DNA of 42,131 nucleotides, from the IMG/VR virus record IMGVR_UViG_3300005805_009402, positions 1 to 42,131 of that record. One strand, given 5' to 3'. The stretch is from a virus (Duplodnaviria > Caudoviricetes). Shown here one piece after another: positions 8,772 to 17,449 of this stretch. The position numbers and the translations under genes were made by a program. The first letter of the stretch is position 1; each line of letters begins with the position of its first letter. Below the pieces are notes generated by a model. That model was not told the origin of the DNA. It made no database searches and was given only the letters and a program-made list of their open reading frames with translations.

Positions 8772-9539
8772 TTATATTACACTATAAAAAAAATTCAAAC
8801 ATTCACTAAATCTATTTTTTTGTATTATATCTTTTATACTATCCCCAGATAATTGAATATTTTTTTGTTTGAAAAAAGACTTATTAAAAATATTTTTAAA
8901 ACCACTTCTGTAATCTAAAATATAATTTAAATCATTTTGGGGCAAATAACTTTCTAAATTATTTAATCCAACTAAATTTTTAATTTTATAACTCCATATA
9001 GAATTTATTAAACAAAAGCTATCTAAGTATTTGTAGTCATCTAAGTGCATTGAATACAATTCCATATTATCTAAAATATTAGAAAAAAAAGAAATATCTA
9101 TATTGTTAAAAACTAAGTTGTCTCCTATTCTTATCCAATTCTCTTTTGCTAGCTTTAAAAAGTTATTATCAAAAACATATTTTTCATCAAAACAAAAATT
9201 GTTATTTATATTGTAGATTATATCTCCATCTAAATCTTCTGTGCTTTTTATTATAGCTGTGTGCGGTTCCAATACTGTCACTGGCAGTTTTATTATGTTT
9301 TTTTTGAGTAGTTGGTATAAACAATACCATTTATTATATTTTAAGTACTCTTTTGTATTTCCTATATTTTTAAAAAGATAAACATTTTGGCAATCTAAAA
9401 AATTATTTTTTATATTTAAATCAGTTGATATAGCAACATGAAGGTTTTGCTCTAATTTAATTTTTTTAAAACTATTTATTAAAATATTTATTTGCCAATA
9501 ATGCGAATAAGAATCGCCTATAGAAACAAAATAATTCAT
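8772..9539 (-). CDS. Putative glycosyltransferase resembling peptide O-glycosyltransferases (GT95 HPAT / GT96 SGT-like)
   Basis: VS.......WQ..I.I.SF, Y...NK...L.Q.L and V.EP motifs in the expected order; adjacent to the epimerase. Confidence 0.5.
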   Translation of the reverse strand: MNYFVSIGDSYSHYWQINILINSFKKIKLEQNLHVAISTDLNIKNNFLDCQNVYLFKNIGNTKEYLKYNKWYCLYQLLKKNIIKLPVTVLEPHTAIIKSTEDLDGDIIYNINNNFCFDEKYVFDNNFLKLAKENWIRIGDNLVFNNIDISFFSNILDNMELYSMHLDDYKYLDSFCLINSIWSYKIKNLVGLNNLESYLPQNDLNYILDYRSGFKNIFNKSFFKQKNIQLSGDSIKDIIQKNRFSECLNFFYSVI

Positions 9540-9548
9540 AATTAAAAA

Positions 9549-9920
9549 TTAAAGAGGATGATCAGAAAATACATACTTTTCATAAACTCTATACACTTCG
9601 CTATAGGCTACGCCCCAGCTTGCATCGTGAGAAAAGCTTTCAAAACTTTCATCTGTTTCGGCGGAGTCTAAAAGATGATTCCATGCACGAGCATGAGCCC
9701 ACTCATGCAAAAGAGTGTCTATGGCGGTATTTTCGCTCAAATCTCTGTTTATTCTAATAAAAAACTTTTTTTTATCTTTATGACAATCTCCATCAAATCT
9801 ATTGCTCATAACACACCTCCTAACACTCACAGGGTATGCTAGAGGACAATGCTTTTTCAAAATACTTACAACATACTTGTAATTATTAAATTTTGATTTG
9901 ATTTTTTTCATAGTGTTCAT
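9549..9920 (-). CDS. HExxH zinc metallopeptidase-like protein (SprT/ImmA-like)
   Basis: I.IN...DTLLHEWAH...H...W motif. Confidence 0.75.
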   Translation of the reverse strand: MNTMKKIKSKFNNYKYVVSILKKHCPLAYPVSVRRCVMSNRFDGDCHKDKKKFFIRINRDLSENTAIDTLLHEWAHARAWNHLLDSAETDESFESFSHDASWGVAYSEVYRVYEKYVFSDHPL

Positions 9921-9972
9921 TTTATGTATAATATTTATTAAATCAAATTGAATTTCTTCAAAAATATAACAT

Positions 9973-10000
9973 TTGAAAAAATTTTTAATTCTGATAAAAT
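9973..10000 (+). promoter_or_regulatory. sigma70-like promoter TTGAAA-16-TAAAAT with extended TG
   Basis: ttgaaa aaatttttaattctga taaaat, followed by GGAGG and the ATG at 10021. Confidence 0.6.
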
Positions 10001-10020
10001 ACTATTTTTGGAGGAAAAAA

Positions 10021-10305
10021 ATGGAAATTAAAGTGATTAAAATTATTACTGGCGAAGAGGTCATTTCGCAAATAGAAGAAAAAAATGATAGATATTTGCT
10101 AAAAAATCCTCAAAAATTTATGATAACACAAGAAGGAATAGCCTCTATTCCTTTAATACCATTTTCTAGCAGCGAAAATTATGAAATTAGCAAAAATCAC
10201 GTAATTTTTGTATGTGAGCCAGAAACAGATATAAGAAACTTATATAATTCTAAATTTGGTAGTGGAGTTATCCTGCCCAAGGCAGGAAAGATAGAATTAT
10301 CTTAA
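10021..10305 (+). CDS. Small Sm-like-fold protein typical of T4-like phages
   Basis: IK.I...TGEEVI....LKNP....P..PFS.....I....V.F..EP......Y...FGS. True start at 10021 (GGAGG RBS). Confidence 0.75.
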   Translation: MEIKVIKIITGEEVISQIEEKNDRYLLKNPQKFMITQEGIASIPLIPFSSSENYEISKNHVIFVCEPETDIRNLYNSKFGSGVILPKAGKIELS

Positions 10306-10308
10306 AAA

Positions 10309-10680
10309 ATGCCCAAAAAGTTGTGCGAAAAGTGCAAATGTGAAAATCATCCAAGGGTGAAGGTCTGTAAATGTGGAAATAAATTTATATTTAAAAATAA
10401 GCCAAAAAACAAACAAAAATTTAAAAGTATAAATTGGCTTGATCTTACTCCTGGTGATAAGATTAAAGTCAAAGGTGGACCCTATTGGATTAACTTTTCC
10501 GGGAAAAAGCTATCTATGGGCTACAAGGGAAATTATTCCGTTGTGGCATTAGATAAAAATGGAATAATGGCTTATGGCATAGGAAAAAATTCAGGTTTTT
10601 GCCACATATGGATGGGCAAAAAAACAAAAAATGAAAGCAAAATAATAAAAATCCCACATAAAATAAAAAAAATAAACTAA
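10309..10680 (+). CDS. Zinc-ribbon-containing hypothetical protein
   Basis: N-terminal CEKC...CKCG motif. Confidence 0.7.
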   Translation: MPKKLCEKCKCENHPRVKVCKCGNKFIFKNKPKNKQKFKSINWLDLTPGDKIKVKGGPYWINFSGKKLSMGYKGNYSVVALDKNGIMAYGIGKNSGFCHIWMGKKTKNESKIIKIPHKIKKIN

Positions 10681-10691
10681 TATAAATCTAA

Positions 10692-11144
10692 ATGAAAATT
10701 AAAAATACTTCAGATTTAGGTAAATCTGCCTACCTTTTGATGCATGGTTACAAAATTAATAGTGTAAAAAATAAAAGCATTAATTTTGAAATAGATGATC
10801 AAAAAGAACAAATTTTTGACGAAATATGTCTAGATTATCTATCTAGTGAGTTTCATAGATTTGATTCTTGTTTAGTTAGTTTAAAAAAAATAGGAGAATA
10901 TACATCTTTTTCTAAAAATATCAGATTTGTAAATGATCTTGGTGTGGCAGCGTATATTTTAATGCATAAATACAAACTTTTAGGTAGAAAAAACAGATTT
11001 ATATATTTTGAAGTAGAAAACACCCAAGATGCCAAAAAAAAATTTAATGACATAATATTTGAATATTTATTAAGTGATTTTCATAAATTTGATTCTTGTT
11101 TAATGTCAATAAAAAAATTAAATGAATACATTTTTGACGATTAA
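10692..11144 (+). CDS. Tandem two-domain protein (DUF5659-like)
   Basis: Two copies of DLG.(S/A)AY.LMH.YK...FE...YL.S.FH.FDSCL.S.KK. Confidence 0.75.
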   Translation: MKIKNTSDLGKSAYLLMHGYKINSVKNKSINFEIDDQKEQIFDEICLDYLSSEFHRFDSCLVSLKKIGEYTSFSKNIRFVNDLGVAAYILMHKYKLLGRKNRFIYFEVENTQDAKKKFNDIIFEYLLSDFHKFDSCLMSIKKLNEYIFDD

Positions 11145-11160
11145 ATCATATATATAATTA

Positions 11161-12168
11161 ATGAACGAAAAAGATTTATCTAATAAAATCGACGAATTAA
11201 TTAATAAATTAAAAAAAGATCTTCTTAGTGTTCCATATAACTCAAGAGGAATGTGGGATAGAGTAAAAAATTGGTGGCAAAATATAACTAAAACACCAGA
11301 TAATCCTGCCAATCCTTATTACTTAACAAATAAATTTGGATCTTTGGGCAAAATAAATCCTGATCAAAATCCACTAGGGAATGGATTGGCTCCAAAAGAA
11401 GAAGAAAAAGAAGAAAAAGAAGAAATTCCTAGCGAAGAAGAATTTAAACTAGGTACATCTAAAAACGAAAATAGAATAAGTTTGCAAGAATACTCTTTTC
11501 TAAAAGAATCTTTTTACAAACTAGAAAGTAAAATTAGCTTTGCTATAAATGAAAACTATTCTTCAGATAATCTTAAAAATTTAGAGATGTTTAGAATTAT
11601 AGATAAATGGGCTATTGATTTTAAGAGACAAATTATACAATTGCTTAAAGGCAAAATAGAAACAGAAACAGATGAGTCGCAGCCAACAGATAGTTCGGCC
11701 CGTGCAGTTACGCCTTCTGATCGACCAAAAAGAACCGATGAAGGTAAAATATTATTTAAAAATTGGATTAGAAATATTGATAATGTTAATTTTTTTATAG
11801 AAATAGTTAATCATGTTTTTTCAAATCCAGTTAGATATAGAAAACCTATAATAAGCGTTGCTGAGGTTCTTAAAAATAAAAATGTAATGTCTCCTAGGAA
11901 GAATGAAGATAAGGGCACCCCTTTGGTAATTTCTATAAGAAATGAAATATTAAGAATGATGAAAAAAGAAATAGACATGAATGTTAAGGAAGAAGATTCA
12001 GAATTTAGGACCCCAGTTTGGACTTGGGCAAAAAGCCTTTCTGTATTGGATAAGAAAGCCAAAGAAGGCGAAGAAAAAGAAAGCCAGGCAGATGAGCCTG
12101 TTTCTAATGATTTTGAAGAAACTCCGCCAGAAAAAACAGAAGATGGCGGATCGTTTTTAGATATCTAG
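11161..12168 (+). CDS. Hypothetical protein, acidic and low complexity (possible internal virion protein)
   Basis: 335-aa ORF preceded by TATATATA. Confidence 0.75.
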   Translation: MNEKDLSNKIDELINKLKKDLLSVPYNSRGMWDRVKNWWQNITKTPDNPANPYYLTNKFGSLGKINPDQNPLGNGLAPKEEEKEEKEEIPSEEEFKLGTSKNENRISLQEYSFLKESFYKLESKISFAINENYSSDNLKNLEMFRIIDKWAIDFKRQIIQLLKGKIETETDESQPTDSSARAVTPSDRPKRTDEGKILFKNWIRNIDNVNFFIEIVNHVFSNPVRYRKPIISVAEVLKNKNVMSPRKNEDKGTPLVISIRNEILRMMKKEIDMNVKEEDSEFRTPVWTWAKSLSVLDKKAKEGEEKESQADEPVSNDFEETPPEKTEDGGSFLDI

Positions 12169-12554
12169 CTTTCTAACAAACTATTTAAAGAGTCTATATT
12201 TAATTCATTTTTTTCATTTTTTAAGTTTATCTGTTTTGATTCTTTAAATTCATTTTTTTCTTTATTTGTTTGCCTTGATTCTTTTATTTCATTTATAAGA
12301 AACTCGTGCTCAGGATTTTCAGGATCTAATTGTTGTTCTTCGAATATTCCAACAATAGAACTAAACATAAAAAAATTTTTACAACCCGTTATCGGATGTC
12401 TTGTCATTAAGCCATCAATTAATACTTTTTCACAAATACCGGTAAAATAATCTATATTTTGTGTTTCATTAAATTTTCTATTAATATCACAAGTTATAAC
12501 TGTAATCGGTTTGTTTGAAAAATAATTTAATTGTTTTATGGTTTCAATGTTCAT
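12165..12554 (-). CDS. Hypothetical protein
   Basis: 129-aa ORF whose start overlaps the primase stop (ATGA). Confidence 0.75.
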   Translation of the reverse strand: MNIETIKQLNYFSNKPITVITCDINRKFNETQNIDYFTGICEKVLIDGLMTRHPITGCKNFFMFSSIVGIFEEQQLDPENPEHEFLINEIKESRQTNKEKNEFKESKQINLKNEKNELNIDSLNSLLES

Positions 12555-13603
12555 AGCATTTTTATTTTTAAGTAATCCTCAATTATACCAGAAGAAGAAT
12601 TTAAATCAAAAGGTTTGCTTGTACCAATGATATAGCTCTTTAAAATATTTTCTCCTTCTGCTATGTACATGTCATTGTAGTCTTTATAATTTTTATGAGG
12701 AGTGACATATCTAATATTTTTATTAGATATGTTAGAACTCAGCACCTTAAACATATTGCACCCGCCTTCTATTCCTGCTCGATCGTTATCTAAGCATATT
12801 GTTATTTTATAATTTTTAAGAATATTTGCTTGCTTTAAATTAAAATTTTTGCCTCCGGCGGCAACAGAATTTAAACCAATAGAGTGAAGCGTCAAAGCAT
12901 CAAACTCTCCTTCGCATAAATACAAATTTTCATTTTCTTTTGGATAAATTCCATGCGGAAAATACAAAACATCTTCTTTTCCTACTCCACAGGTTTTAGG
13001 TGGCCCTAAATATCTTAAGCTTGAAGAACCTATATGTCTGGTATTCCAGTATATCAATTTGTTTTCTTTAGAATAATAAGGAATAAGGACTCTCGCCTTG
13101 TAAGGTTTTTGAGTACAAATAAAAAGACCATCAATAGATATTTTCCTTTTTCCTAAATATTCTTCTGCTAATTTTCTCCAAAAATTATTTTTGTATAAAT
13201 AGCTTATTAAAAAGCAGCCTTCGGGAATTTTTAGATTAGGTGTTTTTTCTATTATTTTATCTTCTTCATTTTTTTCATTTTTATCTTGGTCTTCAAAAAA
13301 TTCTAATAATTCTTTTTCTAATTGTCTTATTGTTTTTTTTCCTTTTAATATTTCATATGCTTCTTCTGTGGAACATTTGTCAACCAATCTTATTAGTTTT
13401 ACTAGACTTCCTTTTTTATCTGTTTTGAAGCAATGATAAACTCCATTTTCTATGCCAGATTTACCTCCTTTAGGAGAACACCACAAATGATGTTTTGAAT
13501 CTTCAACGAATATAGAGTTTATTCTAACCTCGGAACCTTGTATAATAATATCGCCTTTAAATCTATTATTAGCCCAATTTTTAAAATTATTAAATATTTC
13601 CAT
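12551..13603 (-). CDS. dnaG: DnaG-type (TOPRIM) DNA primase
   Basis: RVLIP, YL.PP, LCEGEFDAL, CLDNDRAG and KDYND motifs; N-terminal YHCFK Zn-domain remnant. Confidence 0.88.
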   Translation of the reverse strand: MEIFNNFKNWANNRFKGDIIIQGSEVRINSIFVEDSKHHLWCSPKGGKSGIENGVYHCFKTDKKGSLVKLIRLVDKCSTEEAYEILKGKKTIRQLEKELLEFFEDQDKNEKNEEDKIIEKTPNLKIPEGCFLISYLYKNNFWRKLAEEYLGKRKISIDGLFICTQKPYKARVLIPYYSKENKLIYWNTRHIGSSSLRYLGPPKTCGVGKEDVLYFPHGIYPKENENLYLCEGEFDALTLHSIGLNSVAAGGKNFNLKQANILKNYKITICLDNDRAGIEGGCNMFKVLSSNISNKNIRYVTPHKNYKDYNDMYIAEGENILKSYIIGTSKPFDLNSSSGIIEDYLKIKML

Positions 13604-13626
13604 AAAATTTTACTCTAATATTGTAA

Positions 13627-14400
13627 ATGAAAATTGAACACATATCAATAAGCAGAAAACAACTTTGGGATCAATGCGAGCAAGCATACAAATATAAATA
13701 TCATTTAGAATTAAAATCAGAAGAGCCAGAGCCTGAATATTTTTTATATGGAAAACTAATTCATAAAGTAGCAGAAGAGTATGTGGAAAATAAATTTGAA
13801 AAAAAGATAGAAGCATTATATAAAAAATATATAGATGGCGAAGTTTTATTGGAAAATAAAAAAGTTATATTATCTTCTGAATATAAGAAAAAAGTTAAAG
13901 ATCATTTAATTAATATTAAAAAATTAAATGATAGAATAGGATTTGAAGGAAAAACTGAGTGGAGTTTTAAGTATGATTTAGATCCTCCTAAAAATAAAAT
14001 ACTTACAGGCGTCATAGATAGATTAATAATTAAAAATGGAAAATGTTTTATAATAGATTATAAAACAACTAAAAAAGGTTTTTGGAGGAAAAATAGTGAT
14101 ACAATTAGAAAAGACATACAGTTGATGTGCTATGCAATGGTTGTAAATAAAACATTTGGCATAGAACCAGAAAATATTCGAGCGGCCTTGTATTATTTAG
14201 ATGGTGGAAATTTAGTTCCAACTAAATTTAATAAAAGAATGTTAGAACAAATAGAAAAAGTTTTAAAAGAAAATTACGAAAAAATATTTGAAAAAAACCC
14301 AGAAGAAGTAATTGGAAAAGTTGGAAATCACTGCCGCAGATGTGATTTTAGAAAAATATGTCCTTTTTACAGTTTGACAGAGAGAAATAATATCTACTAA
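13627..14400 (+). CDS. Cas4-like/RecB-family PD-(D/E)xK exonuclease
   Basis: C..Y..Y, G..IH...E, GVIDRL, IIDYKT, QL..Y and C-terminal CxxC.....C. Confidence 0.9.
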   Translation: MKIEHISISRKQLWDQCEQAYKYKYHLELKSEEPEPEYFLYGKLIHKVAEEYVENKFEKKIEALYKKYIDGEVLLENKKVILSSEYKKKVKDHLINIKKLNDRIGFEGKTEWSFKYDLDPPKNKILTGVIDRLIIKNGKCFIIDYKTTKKGFWRKNSDTIRKDIQLMCYAMVVNKTFGIEPENIRAALYYLDGGNLVPTKFNKRMLEQIEKVLKENYEKIFEKNPEEVIGKVGNHCRRCDFRKICPFYSLTERNNIY

Positions 14401-14432
14401 TAACTTTATCTGGCAGTTGATTTTTTATAATA

Positions 14433-15293
14433 TTAAAAGCCAGGTATAAGTATTAAATCTTCTTTAATAAATGAATTTGATTTTATATCATATATTTTTA
14501 TTTTCTTTGCATCCTTATTAGATAATAAAAATTCATATCCATTTTTAGACCAAAAAGAATGTATGACTGATAATGGCGTAAAAAAACCTTCTCCTGAACC
14601 ATCTGTGTTAGAGGTGCCCCAACAAGTTCCAATATAAATTCCATTTTCGTCTACTAATCCTCCACCGGATCTGCCAGGCCTAGGACTATTTTTTCTAGTT
14701 ACCAAATCATCTCCGTATAAACCTATTACTTCTACATCGTAATGTGCGACTTCTTTTGCCAAATCACAACCCATTGAGTGAATTTTCATTCCTTTTTGAT
14801 AATAATAGTCTTTTGGACCAATACTAAAATATTCAGGAATATAATCTGGTTTGAATTGAATTAATGCAGTATCACACCCTTTGGAAAAACTATAAAACAA
14901 TAGATCTGCCGGGTAAGTGGCGGGTTCATCTAATTTTTTACCATTTTTATACCAAACAACAACATTACATTTTATTTTTTTGATTTTAGCTTGCTCTGCC
15001 GTTAATGTTCCTGGGGACCACAAGTGCCCACAAGTAGCAACATATGCTATATTTTTTTTTGAATCATAATATATAATTGTTCCTGATCCGCTGCCGGCTT
15101 TTACTGATATTTTCAAACTTGGTTCTAGAAATTTTTTATATTCTAGACCCCTGTCTTCTTTCGGCTCTGCCCCGTGTGTATCTGAACCGATAGCAGGATG
15201 TAGCCTAATATCAATTGGCTTATCTTGAGGGCTTGCCATTAAAATATTTGTTAAAAATAAAAATAAAAATAAAAATAGAATAGACTTTTTCAT
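14433..15293 (-). CDS. Trypsin-like serine protease with signal peptide (GRSGGG type)
   Basis: GSGT, ATCGH, DTALI and PGRSGGGL motifs; hydrophobic N-terminus. Confidence 0.88.
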   Translation of the reverse strand: MKKSILFLFLFLFLTNILMASPQDKPIDIRLHPAIGSDTHGAEPKEDRGLEYKKFLEPSLKISVKAGSGSGTIIYYDSKKNIAYVATCGHLWSPGTLTAEQAKIKKIKCNVVVWYKNGKKLDEPATYPADLLFYSFSKGCDTALIQFKPDYIPEYFSIGPKDYYYQKGMKIHSMGCDLAKEVAHYDVEVIGLYGDDLVTRKNSPRPGRSGGGLVDENGIYIGTCWGTSNTDGSGEGFFTPLSVIHSFWSKNGYEFLLSNKDAKKIKIYDIKSNSFIKEDLILIPGF

Positions 15294-15315
15294 AATATTA
15301 TATTATTATATATTA

Positions 15316-15738
15316 ATGAAAGAAACACTTTACATAGGGCATGATATTTTTTTAAATAGAAAACAAAGATATAACTTATATAATGGCAAAAAAGTAAAAG
15401 TTATAGGAATTAATACTTGTTGTTGGATGCCACAAAAATTAGATTGTACCGAGTTCTTTTCTGAATATGTGCTTATTCCCAAAAAACGATCAGAATGTAA
15501 AATAAAAAATAATAAAAAGGGATATATTGTTTATATAAACAACCCAAATATGTTATCTATTTTAGACTTTTTATATAAAAAAGAAGATAAAAGCTCGATT
15601 TGTGCAAAAAATCTCATAGATATAGTGGACGGCGGCAAAGAATGGTTATTTTTAAAACAAGAAGTTACCCAAATAAATTATAATATCGTCCATACTGTAG
15701 AAATAAAAAAAATAGAAGACTTGACAGCAAATATATAG
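15316..15738 (+). CDS. Hypothetical protein
   Basis: 140-aa ORF filling the gap; TATATA upstream. Confidence 0.65.
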   Translation: MKETLYIGHDIFLNRKQRYNLYNGKKVKVIGINTCCWMPQKLDCTEFFSEYVLIPKKRSECKIKNNKKGYIVYINNPNMLSILDFLYKKEDKSSICAKNLIDIVDGGKEWLFLKQEVTQINYNIVHTVEIKKIEDLTANI

Positions 15739-15744
15739 ATAAAT

Positions 15745-15990
15745 TTAAATAAACCTACCGGTTTTCATTAATCTATTTTTATAATTTATAGTATTGTCTT
15801 TATCGTTCTCATCTATTGCATCTTTTATTTTTTTGTGCCAAGAGATCACTTTGTGCTTCGGGACATCTAAAAGATCAGAAATTTCATCGCTATTTTTTAA
15901 TATAAGTGTAAAATTATGCCAAAAATTAGGATCCAAATTTTGAGCTTTAGAAATAATCGAGTTTTTATTTAAAAAATCTTTAAACTTCAT
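15745..15990 (-). CDS. Hypothetical protein with HTH-like segment
   Basis: ISDLLDVP...V..W pattern; N-terminus MKFKDF. Confidence 0.65.
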   Translation of the reverse strand: MKFKDFLNKNSIISKAQNLDPNFWHNFTLILKNSDEISDLLDVPKHKVISWHKKIKDAIDENDKDNTINYKNRLMKTGRFI

Positions 15991-16008
15991 AAAATTATAT
16001 ATTTGTAT

Positions 16009-16036
16009 TTGATTCTATTTTTTTTAAAAGTATAAT
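16009..16036 (+). promoter_or_regulatory. sigma70-like promoter TTGATT-16-TATAAT
   Basis: ttgatt ctattttttttaaaag tataat upstream of the 16089 ORF. Confidence 0.6.
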
Positions 16037-16088
16037 AAAAATCAAGCTATTAATTCTAATAGCTATAAACCAAAGAAAGGGTTTAAAA

Positions 16089-16364
16089 ATGACCGCTGTT
16101 TTGAATGTTAATGTCAATTCCACTAGATTTGCAAACTGCGATTACTTTGAAGGAACGGTCCGTGTTGAAGGATTAAAGCCAACAAAGTTAGAAAAAAGAG
16201 CTGATGGGACCACAAGATTTCAAACTAAGTCAGCTTTAATTACTGCTGCAAAGTGTTTAGCCAATAATCTCGGCTATAACAATGTAAAAATTATAGAGAA
16301 GGGGGTGATCGTAATAAAGAGAGCCAACTCTCTATGCAACAAGAAAAAGAAGAGTTGTAAGTAA
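16089..16364 (+). CDS. Small basic hypothetical protein (stand-alone transcription unit)
   Basis: 91-aa ORF with AAGG RBS, its own promoter and its own terminator. Confidence 0.75.
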   Translation: MTAVLNVNVNSTRFANCDYFEGTVRVEGLKPTKLEKRADGTTRFQTKSALITAAKCLANNLGYNNVKIIEKGVIVIKRANSLCNKKKKSCK

Positions 16365-16394
16365 AAGTTTTAGATTAAGATATAAGTCTTGATC

Positions 16395-16428
16395 AAAAAG
16401 CCCTTCACATTGTGAAGGGCTTTTTTTT
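16395..16428 (+). terminator. Rho-independent terminator (potentially bidirectional)
   Basis: aaaaagcccttcaca-t-tgtgaagggctttttttt, a perfect inverted repeat with a T tract. Confidence 0.9.
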
Positions 16429-16487
16429 GTATTTTTTTAAATAGAAATAATATATATTTATATATAATATGTTTCAAGGAGGTAAAA

Positions 16488-16718
16488 ATGGGATGCGGAT
16501 GTTCTAAGGGTGGAAGAAGAAACACAGGAAGAGCAATAAATTCAAATCCTCAGCCTGTTCAGAGGGATAATGTTGCTCCACAAATACAACCACAAATAAG
16601 CACACAATCTGCTCCTAGTGTGGAGCCAAAACCTACTGGTCGTGCAACAAATTCAATAGATAGAAGAAATGTAGAAAAATTAAGAAGAGAGGCTATAAAA
16701 AGAGCCTTAGGGAGATAA
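16488..16718 (+). CDS. Small basic protein with MGCGC N-terminus
   Basis: 76 aa; AAGGAGG RBS; two TATATA elements upstream. Confidence 0.8.
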   Translation: MGCGCSKGGRRNTGRAINSNPQPVQRDNVAPQIQPQISTQSAPSVEPKPTGRATNSIDRRNVEKLRREAIKRALGR

Positions 16719-17399
16719 TAGCTCTGTTTTTTTATATTTTTTGAAAGGAATAACAAAAGAATTAGTGATGCTTTTACTAATATTGATATTATTTAATTTT
16801 ATATTAATATTATAATTTTCTTTTGTATAACTTAAAACTAAATTTGTTGGAATATTTTTATAATAATTGTAAACTTTTATTGTGTATACTAGCTCTTTTT
16901 TTTGATTATAAACTTTTTGCTCAATTATTTTATAGTTTTTAATTATTATTTTTCTTGTCAATAAAGCTCCATAATCCCCTATTAATGTATCTTCTAATAC
17001 TTCATTCTCAACATAATTAATATATCTGGGGAAAATTATTTCAATTATATTAATTGGATTAAATACTTCCTTTAATATATTGTGAACATTAGATACGTTC
17101 CCATAATATAAAATGTTTTCTTTATTATTATAATACCAAAAATATTCTTTATTGCTTCCCATTTCAATATATTCTTCTTTTTCTTGAAAAAATAAACTGG
17201 TATTGTTCGGTTTATTATAAGCTATTTTACCGTTAAAAACTTTCTTAAAAATAAGGTTGCTTATTTCTAGTCTTATATCAGCATCCAAACTTACAAAAAT
17301 ATCCTCCTTTTTTGAAATTTTATTTTCTTTTTTAAAAAATTCAAAATATATTAACGTCATCAAACATAATAACGAAAAAACTATATAAATTTTTCTCAT
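16707..17399 (-). CDS. Hypothetical membrane-anchored or exported protein (possible LolA-like beta fold)
   Basis: N-terminal TM segment; GSN..YFWYY pattern. Confidence 0.6.
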   Translation of the reverse strand: MRKIYIVFSLLCLMTLIYFEFFKKENKISKKEDIFVSLDADIRLEISNLIFKKVFNGKIAYNKPNNTSLFFQEKEEYIEMGSNKEYFWYYNNKENILYYGNVSNVHNILKEVFNPINIIEIIFPRYINYVENEVLEDTLIGDYGALLTRKIIIKNYKIIEQKVYNQKKELVYTIKVYNYYKNIPTNLVLSYTKENYNINIKLNNINISKSITNSFVIPFKKYKKTELLSP

Positions 17400-17449
17400 A
17401 AATGTATATATAATGTATTAGGGCAATATAACTTATTTAGGAGAAATTT

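Noticed and set aside
9973-10020. TTG start of the Sm-like ORF at 9973
   Set aside because: This TTG is the -35 box; a GGAGG RBS supports the ATG at 10021.
13627-14400. Cas4-like gene as part of a CRISPR-Cas system
   Set aside because: No array or other cas genes; solo Cas4-like nucleases are common in phage replication regions.
16488-16510. MGCGC as a eukaryotic myristoylation/palmitoylation signal (giant virus origin)
   Set aside because: Shine-Dalgarno sites, sigma70-like promoters, intrinsic terminators and T4-like replication genes indicate a bacteriophage.
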